NCBI GenBank assembly: GCA_002269645.1
Contig: NIVC01002677.1
Location: 86,133-150,132 of the forward strand
Direction: 5' to 3'
Length of the DNA stretch: 64,000 bases
DNA from: Macrostomum lignano
Lineage: Eukaryota
Shown here: one piece after another, positions 61,809 through 64,000 of the stretch
Position numbering within the stretch: position 1 is the first letter of the stretch
Layout: the number at the start of each line of letters is the position of its first letter
Program-made: the position numbers and the translations under genes
Notes under the pieces: model-generated
Database searches by the model: none
Seen by the model: the letters and a program-made list of their open reading frames with translations, nothing else
Told to the model about the DNA's origin: nothing

Positions 61809-63150
61809 ATGTTCCCCTGCATCAAGTTGGCCCTCTGTTCAGTCGGCCTGGTCGCGCTTCTCACCCAGGTCGCCTGCACGCCAGTCGGCGATGCTGACGG
61901 CGCCATGCGGGCGAATCGAGACAAGCTGCGCGACTTGCTGAGAGACTCCAGCTCAAGACTGAAAGTTCACGTACGGGAGCTGTCGCGCACCTCTTCTCTG
62001 GCCGGCTCTCCAACAGCGATACGTCACGTCGAGTACGTGGAGAACTTCTGGCGCGATCTGGGCTTTCGCGTATCCCGAAGATCCTACGAGGTGCCGATTT
62101 CCTACTTCGAGCAACAAGGCGAGAGCCGCCGCGTCAATTCGTCGAGATCGGAGGCGATCGAGCAGCCAAGTGTGTCGGTGTGTTTCGCCGAGGACTGCCG
62201 AGCGCTTGAGCTGGACAAGCCGCTGACTCGAGAGGATCGGGACATCGAAGGTCTGTCGAGAGCGTTTTACGCCTATTCCGACCGCTCAGCGGCCACTTTG
62301 GCCTGCTTCAACCTGAGGACTTTGCCGAGTACATGAGCGTAGAGAATCTGACCGCCCTGCTGGAAGGCAACCTGGTGCTGGTCAGACCCAACGAGACAGC
62401 ATTACTGGAGCTGCTAATGCAGGTAGCTACCAGGACTACGAACAACACCGGCTTCCTTCTGGTGCACGCGCGCCGCAGGAAACGATGAGGACGGTTCGGG
62501 CGACCCGGATGCGGCCCAGCCGCAGCAGCCAGCCTATCCTGAGGGTCCGGGATCGCCCGACACGGCCGTCACCTTCCATGTCGGTGGCCGGAGGACACTG
62601 TCGGAGACCCGACTACGCCCGGCTACCCGTCCGCGCTGGTATGCCAGCCGCAGGAGCCCGGCGGCAAGGCCGGCTGGAAGTCCGCCTTGAACGTCACGGT
62701 GGTGCCGATCTCCGTGGCAGACGCCGAAGTCCTGGCCAGCGCCTTTGCCTCCGACTCCGGCACCGAGAGGCCCCATCTCCGGTGCACTGGCCGTTGCAGT
62801 TCGGCTACCGCGAGGTGTACGACTCGTGCGCCGAGATTCTCGGCGATCAGGAGCCCGACCGGGTGGTGCTGATCGGCAGCCACCGGGACGCCTGGTTTGG
62901 CGGCGCCGTGGACCCGCACACTGGTATGGCCACCTTGCTGGAGACCGCGCGCGCCCTGGCGGAGCTGCGCGACAAAACTGGCTGGCGTCCGCGCCGGACG
63001 ATCCTGATGTGCGCCTGGGACGCCGAGGAGCTCGGCCTGATGGGCAGCGTGGAGTGGGTCGAGGAGGAGTTCATGCGCATTGGTAGCCGGCTGGTCGCGT
63101 ACGTCAACACCGACACGGATGTGATTGGCGACTGGAAGATGCTGGTTCAG
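61809..63150 (+). CDS. Glutamate carboxypeptidase II / NAALADase-like M28B peptidase, exon 1 (four frameshifts)
   Basis: Hydrophobic N-terminus MFPCIKLALCSVGLVALL (alternative ATG at 61710), PA domain AFYAYS..EDF, YPEGP..P..AV, GDPTTPGYP, EPDRVVLIGSHRDAW, GAVDPHTG, WDAEELG, YVNTD; CAG|gtgagc donor. Confidence 0.9.
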
Positions 63151-63401
63151 GTGAGCCGGAATGATATCTTTTAAATGACTTTTTTAGTTAAGTGACAAAA
63201 GTTCAACAACTGGATGAAAAAAGTTTAGATTCGACACTGAACGGTACGGTGCGAGTTTCCTTGTGTAGACCCGAAAGGTATTATGAAGTTTGATATTATG
63301 AACAGTGTCAGTGGTTGGCATTTTTCGAAATTAAAGTTGGTATTGAAATGAGGTGTCCATGTACGGTCCTCAAATTTCCATGGTTCCGACAAATTTTGCA
63401 G

Positions 63402-64000
63402 AGCTCAGACCAGCTGACTGACATCATCAACCAGAAATCCTCTTGGAGAGCGCGGACACTTCCAGCGAGGACGGCTCGCCGCTGCACTTCTTCTACAAGC
63501 TGGACGACTCGTCGGACTATTTTTCCTTCACCCGCGCTCTCGGCGTGCCCGCCTGCGACTTCAGCTACGTTCGCGGCCCCCGGGAGACTCTGACTCTGTA
63601 CGACCTCTACCACACCCGGTACGAGACGCCCAGACTGTACGAGATGCTGGACCCGACCGGGAAAGCTCATCCGCGCCTGGCGCAGTCAGTGGCCTCGCTG
63701 GTGTACACCATGGCCGACTCGCCGCTCCTACCGCTGAACATGTCCGCCTTTGCCAACGGGCTGCGCTGGCGCCTCTACGACGGCTTCTTTGCAGCGGCCG
63801 ACAACGGCACTGGAGGAGATCTGTGGGGAGAGGGCGAAGACGAATTTGACGCCGTTCGTCAGCGTCTGCAGGCGTGTCGCTTTGTCGCACTGGAAAACGC
63901 CACCGAGCGCTGCATCGCTTCGAAGGAGAAGAAGCTGGTTGACGAGTCGGCTGGCCAGCTGCGCTGCGGATGCTGAACGACAAGATGATGCTGGTCCAGA
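63402..64000 (+). CDS. GCPII/NAALADase-like, exon 2 (two frameshifts), runs off window end
   Basis: ttttgcag|AGC. SSDYFSF..LGVP..DF, LYHTRYET, ADSPLLPLN; final frame LRMLNDKMMLVQ matches the TfR-like dimerisation domain. Confidence 0.9.

Noticed and set aside
62423-62478. 56-nt intron as an alternative to the second GCPII frameshift
   Set aside because: Splicing lands in a non-conserved frame, and the supposed intron encodes sequence that aligns with the PA domain (VA....N.GFLLVH).

Overview
Eukaryotic (animal) genomic DNA with GC-rich exons, GT-AG introns and AT-rich, minisatellite-dense non-coding sequence. The style suggests a free-living flatworm such as Macrostomum, but this is inference only. 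Protein-coding loci supported by the sequence: the 5' end of a bestrophin (-), a secreted C-type lectin (-), an LRR-Ig single-pass receptor with a 22-aa-repeat cytoplasmic tail (-), MON1 (+), an FMRFamide/myosuppressin-receptor-like GPCR (-), an intronless cadherin-related gene (-), FAM221A (-) and a GCPII/NAALADase M28 peptidase (+, runs off the window). Mobile DNA: a non-autonomous mariner with 195-bp TIRs, two tRNA-derived SINE families (one CORE-like) and a decayed gypsy-like gag. More than 20 tandem arrays are present. Most notable: (i) at least six apparently unrelated minisatellites share an AGAATC core, and many arrays sit next to splice sites; (ii) a 23-bp satellite forms a 5-kb inverted structure next to an internally inverted SINE; (iii) four genes carry small frameshifts, at least six in GCPII, with catalytic residues intact (most likely long-read consensus error); (iv) apolipoprotein-like 22-aa repeats in the LRR-Ig tail; (v) a 690-bp pure (TAC)n tract flanked by a TSD-like direct repeat. 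No CRISPR array, rRNA or bona fide tRNA gene was found.
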